This document shows positions 40,836 to 57,647 of a stretch of 64,000 nucleotides of DNA, in pieces. The number at the start of each line of letters is the position of its first letter. Positions within the stretch are counted from its first letter, which is position 1. The stretch comes from Amoebidium appalachense. Taxonomy: Eukaryota; Protista; Ichthyosporea. The notes under the pieces are model-generated. The model was given only the letters and a program-made list of their open reading frames with translations, did not search any database and was not told where the DNA came from. The position numbers were made by a program, and so were the translations under genes. The DNA lies in NCBI GenBank assembly GCA_963693365.1, contig CAVNZM010000016.1, positions 2,567,457 through 2,631,456 on the forward strand, written 5' to 3'.

Positions 40836-41960
40836 TTTTTATTTTTTTTTTATTTTATCACGTTTTGTTCCCGGAGGGCCTTTTCGGGCCCTCTAGGGAA
40901 ACTACCGTCTACCACACAGCACCGACAGTGCACTAGTTAGGTGCTATCTATGAGTTCAGCTAGCTAAACCATCCTTCACAACCTAACTATAAGTACACAC
41001 TTTGCCCAGGGCTACTACCCCAGCCACGCCGGCAGGAGGCTCCAGTCCTCCCCTCCATTCAAAACCTAGCAATAAACGTTAACCGAGGGCTCTCATTGGT
41101 CGATCTACAGTTTTGGGAAGTCCTAGGTGTTGTGTATAGTGTTTACGGTGGGTATGGGTGGATGATGGGGTGTGGTGGTGGTGGTGGGGGGGGGGTTGCT
41201 GCCTAACATTGTGTGTTGTTGTACGTATGTTGTGGCGATGTTTTTGTGGACTAAAAGGTGGGTTTTACAGGGCACACCGGGTCTGTTTGTGTTCCGGCAG
41301 TCAGAACAGGCCGGCCGGGTGTGTGTGGGGAGTGTATTTGTTGGTGTCTTGGGTTTTTGGGGGGCCTTACTTTTCTTTCTACGGGTGGTGGGTATATGGT
41401 GGTGTTTTTGCATTTTGGGGTGGGTGGGGGGGAGTGTTGTGTTCCGTGGGTGCCAAATTTTTGAAAAGAAAAAGGACTGCAACTCTACTGTGATTTTTCC
41501 TAAGATGGCCCGGGTGGTGGTCTTGGTGGTGCCGGTGGCTGCAAGTAGTGGGCCCACCGATCGTGGGCAGAATCCCCGTTCGACCCACCTGATGTCTTCG
41601 GGGTCTGGTGGGTCACCGTTGCCTCCTATCCAGTTTATCCATGCACATTGGTCTACCACCGTGGCTGCCGTATGGTGGTGCTGTGCCGTGGGGGTGTTTG
41701 GATGGCGAGCGTGCAGGACGTTGTGGATGCAGGCTGTGATGGCCGTGGTCAGGGTGGGGACCTCCCCCGCATGGGCCGGGCAGGCCCAGAGGTGGGTGGG
41801 GGTCTCAGGGTGCTGGCTGCACCGGGGGCATGTGGGCTGTGTAACGACGGTGGGGTGATCTCGGTGTAGCCGTGCCATGGTAGGCAGGGTGCCCATGGCC
41901 AGGGACAGGCTACGAATGTTTCCTCTGACGGCCCCGATGGTTGCCTGTGCGGGCCCCTTG
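40836..41960 (-). mobile_element. 5'-truncated non-LTR retrotransposon (L1/Tx1-like ORF2 C-terminus), copy A
   Basis: ORF remnant 41960-41123 with zinc knuckle CPRCSQHPETPTHLWAC and an IWHPRN motif. ~270-nt 3' UTR and A-rich tail at 40836-40856. 15-bp TSD GTGCC(T/A)TGTGCTTGT at 40821-40835 and 41961-41975. Confidence 0.88.
40852..41110 (-). ncRNA. Candidate conserved structured RNA element in the LINE 3' UTR
   Basis: Several helices are retained with compensatory changes relative to 5252-5532 (see findings). Confidence 0.6.
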
Positions 41961-41971
41961 GTGCCATGTGC

Positions 41972-42007
<36 letters not shown>

Positions 42008-42019
42008 TGGCGTGTGTGT

Positions 42020-42065
<46 letters not shown>

Positions 42066-42337
42066 GGGGGGGGGGGGGGGGGGGAGGGGGGGGGGGGGGG
42101 GGGGGTCACGGTGGGTGGGTGGGTGGGTTGGTGGGTGGGTGGGTGGGTACCGGGACGTGTGTGTGTGTGTGGTGCGTATGTGTGGGTGGGTGGGTGGATG
42201 GCTGAATGGGTGTGTGATTGCTTTTGTGTGTTTGTGTGTATGTGTGGCTGGGTGGGTGGGTGGGTGTTCGTGTGTGAACAGTTTGTGTGTGTGTGTGGTG
42301 TGACTGTGTGTGTGTGTGTGTGTGTGTGTCTGTGTCT

Positions 42338-42398
<61 letters not shown>

Positions 42399-42552
42399 CG
42401 CGCGTGCGTGCGTGTGTGGACGTGTGGGTGGGTGGGCGGTTGAATGGTTGTGTGGGTGTCTGTGTGTGTTCAGCGGTGTGTGTATGTGTGGTTGGGTGTG
42501 TGTGTGGGTCTTGGTGTGTGAACACTTTGTGACTGTGTGCGTGCGTGTGTTT

Positions 42553-42600
<48 letters not shown>

Positions 42601-43084
42601 GTGTGTGACACTGTGTGTGGCGTGCATGCGTGTGCTTGTATGTGTTTGTGCCTGTGTGACGGCGTTTTCAAGTTATTGTGTGTGTGCGTGTCTGTGTTTA
42701 CTTGTGTGCATGTGTATGCCGTGTGCCTATGTGTTTACTGTACATGTTTTTGTGTTTGTGTCTCAAATTCTGTGTAGAGTACTAGTGCGTGTGTGTGTGT
42801 GTGTTGTGCCTGTGTGCCTGTGTCGGCGTGTCTGTGTGCGTGGGTATGTGTGTGTGTGTGTGTTCCTGTGCGAGTGCGTTTGTGCGTTCAAGTTACGGTG
42901 CGCGTGTGTGCGTGTGTTTGTGTGCGCGTGTATGCTCGTGTGTGTGTGTGTGGGGGGGGGGGAGGGGGGGGGGGGGGGGGGGGGGGGGAAGAAGGGAATG
43001 AAAGGGAAGGGTAGGGGTGGGGGGAATGAGGGGGCTGTTTTTTTTTGGTGAAACAGGACAGTGGTGGTGGTTGCCGTGGTTGGG

Positions 43085-43118
<34 letters not shown>

Positions 43119-43836
43119 GAAGGGGGGGGGGGATGGGCGGCAGTGAACTGGTGGGGAAGTAGGATACGCAAGTTTTTTTTTTCCTTTTCCTTTTTCTTTT
43201 TTTTCTTTTTCTTTTTGGTTGGGGAGGGGGGGGAGGGGGTTGCCCAGGTGAAGGGGCTGGCCATATATCTAGAGGGTACATATTTTACCACATGAAGGGG
43301 TTGGTGAAGTGGGCAGGGTGGTTTGGGGAAGGATGAAATGCAGGTGTTTGCATGATAATTATAATGTGTGTATTACTAATGCCTTGTGGTTTTGTCTGAG
43401 CGAAATTTCTGCAGGTGTGTGTGGGCGGGAGGGGGGGAGGGGTGCTTCTGTGTGTATGTGTGGGAGTATGTGTGTACGTGTCAACATGTGTGTGTGTGGA
43501 ACTTGGGGGGAGGGGGGGGCAGGGGGGGAGGCAGGGGGAGGGGGGGGGGGGGGGAAGGCAGGGGAGGGAGGGTTTAGCGGGGGGAGGGGGGGGGGATTTG
43601 GCTGGAGGAAAGGGATGGCCAAAGGCTGGAGCTATGGTTTCAAAAGAATTTAATTAAAAACTAGTAGCTAGTTCAATAGGAGTAGAATGGTTGGCCACTG
43701 GTTGCGAAGTAGACAGTAGATGATTGCGGCGGCGGTGGTGGTGGTGGTGGTGGGGGAGGGTGGGGGAAGGGGGGAGTAGAGAAGGGGGGGGGTGGGGGGG
43801 GGAGGGAGGGTCAGAAGGGGGGAGTAAACGTCGCTG

Positions 43837-43872
<36 letters not shown>

Positions 43873-43909
43873 TCTCTCTCCCCCTCCCCCCCTCTCTCTC
43901 CCCCCCAGA

Positions 43910-44026
<117 letters not shown>

Positions 44027-44929
44027 CCCCCTCTCTCCCTCTCTCTTCTTCTTCTTTTTTTTTTTTGGGGGGAGGGGGGGGGGGTGGGGGGGGGGGGGCA
44101 GGCGGAAGGACTAAATCACGGATAGCATACAAATTACTATCCGACCTGTTACTATGACCTCTGTGCCGTGAGAAGGATGAGCGTTGAAATTGGGGGTGGG
44201 GGTGGGGGGGTGGGGGGGGAAGGGGTGGAGCTAAATCGTGCCCGTCCGGATCCAGGTCTCTCGGGGGGGGGGGGGGGGGGGGGGGGGATTAGGAAAATGA
44301 AGACCAAAACATGTCGATCTGCTAGGGAGGGACATGTGGTAATTAGGAGCTCGGCGCAGTTATGGGATACGGAGTCAATGATTAGGGGGGTCAGAGGTTG
44401 CATACGTATGCTAGTATAGATGCTGGAGTGGGGAGAATCGATTAGAAGGCAGAAGGTTGGTGTGCGTGTGTGTGTGTGTGTGTGCGTGTGTGCGTGTGTG
44501 TGTCTGTGTCTCTGTGTGTGTGTGTATCGTACGGTTGGTTTGGTGGTGGAGAGATACGGGGGAGAGGAGAGGGGAAGAAGGGAGGAGGGGAAGAGGGGGG
44601 GGGGGAGGGGGGGGGGGACGTGGCTGTGCCTGCACAATAACATCGGAAAGGTGGTGGCGATGAAGGTTTGTTGTGGGTGTGTGGGTGGGTGGGTGGGTGT
44701 GGGTGGGGGGAGGAGGGGGGGGGGGGGGGGGGGGATAAGAATGATCTTTGACCTACAGATGGTTGTACTTGTGCAGTGGGGCGTTTAGGGAGGGGGGTTG
44801 GGTGGTGGTGGTGCTGGTGTTGTCCCTTTCGCTCTTCCTTGCTCTTCCTTGCTTTTTTTTCCATCTTTTCTTTTTCTTTCTTTCTTTCTTTCTTTCTTTT
44901 TTTTTTTCTTTTCTTTTTTTTTTTTTTGG

Positions 44930-44967
<38 letters not shown>

Positions 44968-45428
44968 AGAAACGCCGATTTTCACTGTTTCCCCACCCGA
45001 GGACGGTGGTATCGACAAGAATTTTTTTTCGTTCAAGAACGGTATAGCAGAGCGGTAAACACCGGTTCTCAACATGTGGTATGTTTCGTAACAGAGATGT
45101 GTTGGTTTGCATACCCACCCCCACACTATCTCGTTGTAATACATACAAGAAGATGCCATTATGTAGCGCGGCTCATTCAAGGTATCATACATAAAAAGGG
45201 GAAGAAGAACAAAGAAATACTTGAAATAAAGAAACCAAGCCCCCCCCCCCCCCCCCCCCAAATAAATAAACATAAATAAATAGATAAATAAATGGATATT
45301 AAATAAATAATTTAAAGGCACCGGGGGGGGGGGGGGGGGGGGGAAGGAGGGAGGGAGGGAGGCGGGGGAGGGGGGTGGTTTGATGCAGCAATAAATCTGT
45401 GCATATACAGGTTTATAGCAGCGCAGTA

Positions 45429-45664
45429 CAGATACCGTCCGCGAACAAGAACCCCTCAAAATGTGGCCGGGGGGCGGAATGTTAAATCTTTTGGAGGGTC
45501 GGGGTCAGAATCTTAATGGAGGGGGGGCATACAGCATGATTTATTAATCCGACCGCCAATAAGATCATCCCGAAAACTGGCCGGGGGGCAGAATCTTAAA
45601 AACACCCTATTTTTCCGATGGCGAAATGTTATTGGCGGGGGTTCTTATTCGCGGACGGTACCTG
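45429..45664. mobile_element. Tc1/mariner(pogo)-like MITE
   Basis: TA flanks at 45427-45428 and 45665-45666. 27-bp TIR CAG(A/G)TACCGTCCGCGAA(C/T)AAGAACCCC with 2 mismatches. Internal GGCCGGGGGGC-GAAT repeats. Confidence 0.85.
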
Positions 45665-45954
45665 TAATTTATACGTATCAATGGCTACATACCAATCCTC
45701 TTGCCAACTAGCCATATAAGGCTAAAACCAAGTTTCTAATCACATACTTTCTACTTACTGTATTCGCGTCCTAATCTTCAGCCATCTTCCCGCCATTTTC
45801 GTTGTCACACTGTGCAATTTTCAGGTAGGTATCTACAGTTTGTCTATCTCGTACGGGGCAGGCACTCACTCAGGCAAGGTGCTAGAGAAAAAGACCCCCC
45901 CTTCCCCCCCCCCCCTCCCTCCCCTCCCCCCTCTATTTGGAAAAACAAGGGAGG

Positions 45955-45992
<38 letters not shown>

Positions 45993-46285
45993 ACTGCGAC
46001 CAACAAACGAAAAACAAAAATTAGGACTATAGCAAGCAAGAGAAAATCCAAGTTCTGTAAAACCCTTCCCCCCACCCCCAATCACCTCACTCCCCCCCCC
46101 TTCCCCCTCCCCCCTGGTCCGCCTTTTTCATGCACACCTATTACTAACATTGAACACCTCCACTTAATCCTTTTTTGATCCCGGTGTTTCCCCAAGACTA
46201 CGCTAATCAAACAGCCCATATTAGCGCCATTATGACACAGTCTTAAAGCAACTCGCCCAAACATACCACTAACCCAACTGAAAAA

Positions 46286-47730
46286 TCAGGTCAAAACCCG
46301 CTCATTTACCGCCAAACGTCTCTGTGTATACCCATGAGAATGTTCCGTATCCGCCGAATTGTTCAACCTCCACGACGGAACGTGTCTTGTTCCAGAAACG
46401 CTCCCCGCCGCCGCCGCCGAATAGGCCTTAAACGCCGTTTGCATGAGGTAGAACGAAGTCGCCGACGCGTGGATAAACCTTAACAGAAGCGTAACCGTGT
46501 TGGTTGCCGGGCTGTTTATAACATAGTCCACGTAGGAAAACGTGTTTGCAAACAGAGCCAAAACGCTGAGGATGATGAGAACGCGTGATTGGTCTAGATG
46601 GTGCCGCTTCAAATCCGATCTCACCGACCAGAGGAGCATCAACAAGCCCGCATCCAGACCCATGTTGAAGTAGACAAAGACATTGAGTAGCGTGGTGAGC
46701 ATGTATTCCCAATCGAAGCTCACATTCCTCTGCACATGCCCCATTGTTCCAGCCGCATCGAGGATGATCAAGGCGGTCATGTATACCCAACTGAGGATAA
46801 AATAGACCCTTGGAGCCCACGTCGCCCATGGCCGAATGTCACCGACGTGCATGGGGTGAACCCATTTAAATTTTAAATTTTTAATCGCTGGCCGGCCGCA
46901 GTACAGGATGGCGAGCCGGAGCATCCCAAAGGGGACAGGAACCAAAATCAAGAGACGTCCGTAGTAGTATGGTAAGATGAAAAAAAAAAATATTGCGCGG
47001 GTGTTCCTAAGATGGCTGAAAAAGACAGGAATTGGGATCGGAGCGTAAGCACGAATCCTGTCATGCACAATAACATGGTGTGACCTAAAAGCAAGGACAG
47101 AACAAGCCAGAGAGGAAGCCTTCCAGCAAAAACACCGATATTTGCTCTCGTTTTCCGTTTTCGTATCCATACCCAGACGCCGGCACCGATGACCGCTTGC
47201 AGGAACGTCAGCACGGAAAAGACAAACGCAACAATGCCCAACCTGAACACCGTTTCGTTTCTTTTCGATTCCTCCTCCTGTGAAAGAACATCATTGCTTG
47301 GACAAACCTGTTTGGTTTTGCAGAAATAAGTTTCCAAAACAGTCGCCCCCACACACAATCCCATGGCGAAAGCAGACACCAATAACGCAATGGGAACAGG
47401 TCTCTTATACCAACGGACGGCCGCATTTCTATCGTATAAAGCAACGTCTGATTCTGTACTGAACTCCCGCGCGTGCGGGATTTCTAGTTGATTTTCGGTG
47501 AAAAAAACCTGGGGAGTTGGAGCCGAATTGTTGCGGACCGAATGGTGCACACACACTGAAGTTGTGGGTAGTGAATGGGAATCAGTGCAGTGTGGATGCT
47601 GCTTTAAATCCTTCGCGTCTTGCAGGTTCGCAGCTGGGCGGGATGAAGTGATGACCACTGTGTATTCGTCAATTTCATCCGCGTCCGGACCGGGAGAATG
47701 CACTGGCCCCGAAGAAGCAGAGCTATTCAT
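46286..47730 (-). CDS. Intronless multi-pass membrane protein (about 7-8 TM, possibly receptor-like), frameshifted at a T11 run
   Basis: ORFs 47730-46948 and 47170-46286 join as ...AQYFFF/FILPYYYG at the homopolymer 46980-46990. T12 or T9 would give one ~480-aa ORF with serial hydrophobic helices. Confidence 0.7.
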
Positions 47731-50195
47731 GGCTGATTCACTTATGCATATGGGACCCCGCGCGTATGTGTATTGGTGTGTATGTGTGTGTGTACGTGTG
47801 TATACGTGTTTGTGTGTGCGTTTGAAGTTTGGCTGCTATTCTATGTGGCTGTGGGCACACATGTGTGTGTCCATGTATGTGTGTCGTAACGTGACACAGA
47901 ATCGCTCAGTGGATGGATACCGCCAGCTATATAAAAGTTTGAAAGAACTTTGTTTTGGTCTTCTGATTTCGTTTACTGCCCAGAGATGCTCTAACGGCAA
48001 GTATAGTAGAACAGGAGGCAACTCTTTACGCTCTGTGTGCAGCTTGGGATAGGTGTTTATTCTCCTATGCTTACGTGCTCCTTGGTAATAAGAGGATCAT
48101 CCAGAATGCTTATTATTTTGCACAACCGTGCGATCACTCTGCCCACATGTCATGTTTCTCGTACACCTTGAAGCCTGCTAAGTTACCTACTGTTCAGGCG
48201 GCCGCTGTCTAAGCGCTATGTTGTTTACACGCGGCTGTGCGAAGGCAGTGCAAACCTGAAACTACCCTGAATATTATATAGTATTTTGCTTAGTATATGT
48301 AGTACCAAAATAGTACTAAATGGAAATCTGTTACTTCTGCATGATAAGGAGGGAGCCTCCGAGCCATAATAGCTCAAGCTGGGTGAGTTGATAAACCGTT
48401 CAATTGAAAGTTTTTTTTGGGGCTGCACTGTCTGCACCAGTGACGTCACTGCATCCGCCACCGTGGAACTTGGAAGTCTACAAGAGAATTTCAGGAACCT
48501 GTAGTTCAAGGGAAAAAAAGGCAAATGAAAGAAATAAAGAAAAAAGAAAAGAAAATTGCTACATACAGATAAAGGCAATGTTATCACTTTACAGTAGTAA
48601 TCTTTATGGCCGAGGAGTCGTGTGTCATGGCTGGCCAGTATTACCATATTCTTGTGCGAGAAAGAGAACCGATTGGTTCGGAACGCATCCTTGCTTTGAT
48701 TGGTTAAAACCACAACCAAAGTGACTAATCCGGCAAAGCTTGCGACAATTCGCAAATCGGACAGGGTATGCAATGTTTATTTTGGGGACATTTTGCTATA
48801 TAGTGAGGCACATTTGGTTACCTTTCCCCCCTGATATTCCACTGGTTAAATATGAGTGGGCGTAACTTCAGAACATAATAGACACGTTTCAGTGAGACTT
48901 CTCAGTGCCTTAGCTAGGGACTTTTTATTTGAACCAATGCATACAGCCCTGAATCCTGGACTCACCGGGCGCGTGAGCACTGAGCATTGATAACACTGCG
49001 TAATGAGGCTACCACCTACTGAGGCGGTGTCTCCTTCCTTTCTTTTTTTTTTTTTTTTTTTTTAACTTAAAAAGGGCCGCCTGAGTAGATGTTAAACGTC
49101 GCACGTGCGGCAACACGTCAGTACGTGTTAGGTAATGAGGAGCAGGCCTACCGTATTGTAAAACATATAAAAACCACTACAATATAGCTATAGCGGCTGT
49201 TGCAAGCCAGTGTGCCACATGATTCACATCTTTCGCAGGTGCTGGCGTTGTAAACGGTTCGCCTACGTAGTCCCTGCTACCTCTATGTATGTGTTATCAT
49301 ATCATGCTCAGAAAACGTTAGAAGACAAAAGGAAGATGATCGTGCTATTAAACCTGATCTTACTATTATGTTAAGCTCTCTCTTTTCTTGGTGTGTTAAA
49401 TGTGGACATGTCCCGTCTTCTTGGCTAATTAGCCTAGTACCTTAGTGATCCCCATAGTTAAGAAGGACTCTGAGGGCCCCATATCATCTTTTCGCCCCAT
49501 CACACTAACCCAGGTTGTTCGTAGATTCTTTGAAGCTTGCTTACTTATAAGTTATTTGCACATCACCCTATAGGTTTCAATCTATTCTTCATATGTGTCC
49601 TGGGCTGGTCTTTGGAAAAGGTGGCCAAAAATGGCTAATGGAATCGAAAATGGTTCCAATCCATAATATACCATTGGTGAACTGTACTTCTTGTTTATTG
49701 CCAATTGGACACCATACTGATTCTCCATTGGCAAACTGCAACGGTGTAAGACATATTCATTGGTCGTTAAACTGGCAAAAGCAATAAAACAAAAAAGTTT
49801 TGGATTGGCCGAACATGGTACCTACGGTCTAGCTAAGCTCCACTGTACACGTCTACACAGTCACAACTCTCACTTCTTTTTTTCATCTCTATTGAAGTAA
49901 TCAATTCTCTGTTTTTTAGTAGGGATGCGCTTGTTCTTTGAACCTGGAGGTCGCCCCCCCCTGCGTTTGTTTCTGATGTGTGTTTCCCCGGTTGGGCCGG
50001 CTGCTCTCCATCGATCTGTGAGCCCATTGGTTGAGTATCAGCTGCCAGCCAACCGCTGGGAATATCGCGGTGGCTGGTACTTCATGTCCTGGGGTCCCCC
50101 TTCGGGGGGGGGGGGGGGGGGGGGGTACCGGGTACCAGTTCCACTATTAAAATGGATCAAAATGAGAACTTCATACATAATGGCAACTTCGAATT

Positions 50196-50232
<37 letters not shown>

Positions 50233-50249
50233 CTGTGTGTCCGTGTGTG

Positions 50250-50292
<43 letters not shown>

Positions 50293-50320
50293 ATGTGTGT
50301 GTGTGTGTGTGTGTGTTCAT

Positions 50321-50397
<77 letters not shown>

Positions 50398-50914
50398 TGC
50401 GCACGTGTGTGTGTATACCTGCACAGACACATTGCGTAGTTATCTTTCTGTATGTATGCAGGCGCACCGATACACATCTATGTATGTGTGCATAACATGA
50501 CTCATGATACTGATGTCCCGCGCGCCAGGCCGCGCCTACATTTCCGTGTGTACGTGTGTACCTCTCTGTGTGTGTGCTTGCGGCACATACATGTGCATGT
50601 GTGTGTGTCTATGTGTGTGTGCGCGCGCGCGCGTGTGTGTGTGCAAGTGTGTCTGTGCGCACTTGTGTTAACTTCAGTACGACAACACGAATTCTCTGAT
50701 CATCAGTAAATATGCTTTCGGGCACATATGCCAGCTCTGAAATTTAGGTACTGGTATTGTCATTATCATCTCTATAACATAACATATATTATCATTTATT
50801 GCTACAAGCTCAGGCTAAAAAAGAATACGAAACTAGCCTATACCTATACTTATTCATGAACCTAAAAGCTAAGCTACGCCTCCACAGTGTACTACTAGGC
50901 TAGATGTGTGTGTG

Positions 50915-50982
<68 letters not shown>

Positions 50983-51036
50983 CGCGTGTGCGTGTGCCGT
51001 GTGTGTGTGTGTGTGTGTGCCGTGTGTGTGTGTGTG

Positions 51037-51172
<136 letters not shown>

Positions 51173-51473
51173 TGTGTGTGTGTCTGTGTGTATGTGTCTG
51201 TACGTCCTAATAGTATGCATGTGTGCATGCGTGCCTGCCTGTGTGCATGTGTACGTGCATGAGCCCATGGCCCATGCAAGAGTGCGCACCAAAGTGTGTG
51301 CCCCACTACTAGTAGTATTCTCTGCCCTAATCAATTGTTGGAAAAAATGGCCCGTGTACCATGTGCAGTTGGAAACACACACACTCCATGCCCACACCCA
51401 GGACATGCAACCCTAATGTAAAACCATTCAGGTCCAATAGCAAAACCACAGCCCCAAGCACCATTAGGACACC

Positions 51474-55466
<3,993 letters not shown>

Positions 55467-55799
55467 CGTAAGTGGGTAAGGGCAGCGTGTCTGACCCTGC
55501 CCATTTTCAAAGGATGAGAAACACGTAGCTGCAGCTGCAATGAGAAGAAAAAGGCCGCAGCCACTGCCACACTACACGCCGCAGTGTATTGTATAGTAGC
55601 AGGTATCACGTGGTACTGCAACGACTTTCTGCATTGAAATTAGCGAGCCTACCGTGGCAAGAATGATTGTGCTATAAATTTTCGGGTTTGCCGTTTACAT
55701 ACCGTCACACCATACTGAGTCGGCACACGCGAGGCGCCCGCCGGCCGGGCCGTGCGGGGCGATTTGGCGCCAAAGTTTGCGCAAACTATGTAAACCCTA

Positions 55800-55980
55800 G
55801 GTGCACTGAATTCAAGTTGCACTGAATTGAATTTACATGAGCACTGGCGACGCCGACGAGCTTTTGCACTGAATTCGATGCACTGAATCATCATGTGCCG
55901 GCCCGGGTTCGCGCCCCCCGCCCGCGCCGGTCGGTTTCAGTGCCCGGAAAGCGATTCAGTGCACCCAATTCAGTGCATCA
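55800..55980. repeat. Fold-back element built from GCACTGAAT modules
   Basis: Forward modules at 55803, 55819, 55866 and 55880; inverted modules at 55936, 55954 and 55968; TA on both flanks. Confidence 0.7.
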
Positions 55981-55984
55981 TACC

Positions 55985-56525
55985 CCCCACCCCAGGACAT
56001 GCAGTACAGCCCATCGCGGTTGGGACACCCAATAGTGATACTCCACAAATTGGCTGGATAAATTCTACTTCATCCTCCCCATCCACTACCCCTTCCTCCC
56101 CCTCACCCTCCATAATGTCCGCCTGCTCTTCCCCATCCAAATACCGTATGTTATCATCTTCGCCTTCATCGCCCATCTTTATTGTGTGAATAATGATTCT
56201 ATTTCAACCACTTCTTTCCGTTTTATCCACCGATCCCATCGAATCAATGATTCTTGACCAATCATCTTCTTTTCCTGGTTTACGTTTGCTTCATTCTGAT
56301 TGGTTGTCACACCACGGGGTTTCCCGATTGTTCTTCGAATGACATTTGCTATCACTATCAGACAGTTCTCCAATATCAGAACAGAAAACGGTCTCTACCC
56401 AGATGGCCAGATGGCCAGGTCAAATTCAGTGTGTGAAAAAAGGTGGATAAAACGGGATAAAACGGTGAGCAAAATGATCTGGCCATCTGGCCATGTGGCC
56501 ATGGAATCTCTATATCTAAAAATAG
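55985..56525 (-). pseudogene. Possible transposase C-terminal remnant
   Basis: Interrupted frames encode GVTTNQNEANVN (similar to the MULE-type TTNxxE motif) followed by an acidic tail. Confidence 0.3.
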
Positions 56526-56544
56526 CTGCCACTGCGCCGGGGCG

Positions 56545-56780
56545 TGGTTCCGGGAGGCAGGGGGGCAGGGGAGCACTCACTGGCCCTGCCCCGGGTTCCG
56601 GGAGGCAGGGGAGCAGGGGGGCAGGGGAGCAGGGGAGCCACTCAGTGTGTGGGTGTGCATATGGCCATGGTCACACTGGGGGCCTGGTTCCGGGAGGCAG
56701 GGGAGCAGGGGGGCAGGGGAGCAGGGGGGGCTGGGGGGCAGGGGGGCAGGGGGGCTGGGGGGCAGGGGGGCTGGGGAGAC
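56545..56780. repeat. G-rich minisatellite: GGTTCCGGGAGGCAGGGG x3 plus GGGGGC(A/T)G runs
   Basis: Directly visible; G-quadruplex-competent. Confidence 0.8.
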
Positions 56781-56860
56781 TGGCATGCCACTCACAGCGT
56801 GGATAAATGTTGTGTGTGCATAGTGTATGTTGGCACCATGCGGCTGTGTGGGTGGTTTTT

Positions 56861-57343
56861 TTATTTGGGCTTGTGCTTATGGCAATGGGTCGTAGATTTC
56901 ACCCTGTTTTTGCAGGGATTGCCAGCCTTGGTTTTGCCCTGGCAGTACCCATTTTCCCTGCCCACACCCACTGCTGCAGCTACAACCGGTGGCTGTGGTG
57001 CACCCATGGGTGGATCCGGAGTGGACACAGTTGGCACGGGTGCCCCGGTGCGCTCGGTGCGAGGGCGCTGCATTTCTGCGACTGTAAAGGCGGCCATGAG
57101 GTCGTCCAACAGGAGGTTTGCATGACCATAGTCCCCGGCCTTGTGGGTGTGGAGGATGTTGATGGTGTTGTCGCTGTAGAGGAGGACACCGGTGGCAGGG
57201 GCAAAGCATACCCAGGGCTTGAAGCCGTCCTTGTGGTGTGGGCATGTTTTCTTTTTGTTTTTGCACTGGGCTTTTTTTGAGGGTGCAAATGCAGGGCATC
57301 GTTCGGGGTCAACCGAATCGGGGCGCAAAAGTGCGTCTCCCAT
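56861..57343 (-). CDS. 160-aa protein with two CCCH fingers (DUF5763-like)
   Basis: Motifs CPAFAPSKKAQCKNKKKTCPHH and CQGKTKAGNPCKNRVKSTTHCHKH; intronless. The start could be the upstream ATG at 57439. Confidence 0.65.
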   Translation of the reverse strand: MGDALLRPDSVDPERCPAFAPSKKAQCKNKKKTCPHHKDGFKPWVCFAPATGVLLYSDNTINILHTHKAGDYGHANLLLDDLMAAFTVAEMQRPRTERTGAPVPTVSTPDPPMGAPQPPVVAAAVGVGRENGYCQGKTKAGNPCKNRVKSTTHCHKHKPK

Positions 57344-57647
57344 TTCTAGTGTTTTGTTTTGGTGTGCACTGTTCTTGGATTGGGGTGAAGTGAGACAAAA
57401 AGTAAAAGCGAGTACTTTTTGTTGACTGGTTGATGGCATATCAATCAATCTCTTGGTGCCAAACCACTGACCAATCACATGGGTGTATTCACGAATTCCA
57501 ATCTAAATTCGGCATCTGGAGAGAGGGGTACTGGTAAAACACAAGAGCAACACGGCATCAAGAGTTTGTACCACAGGCAAGATCTCAGAGAGGTCACTTT
57601 TGGGGTGTAACACGTCGGATACTGAAAGTTTTGTGAGGTACACGTAC

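Noticed and set aside
48225-48773. 182-aa minus-strand ORF
   Set aside because: Non-ATG start and low-information composition; no motif.
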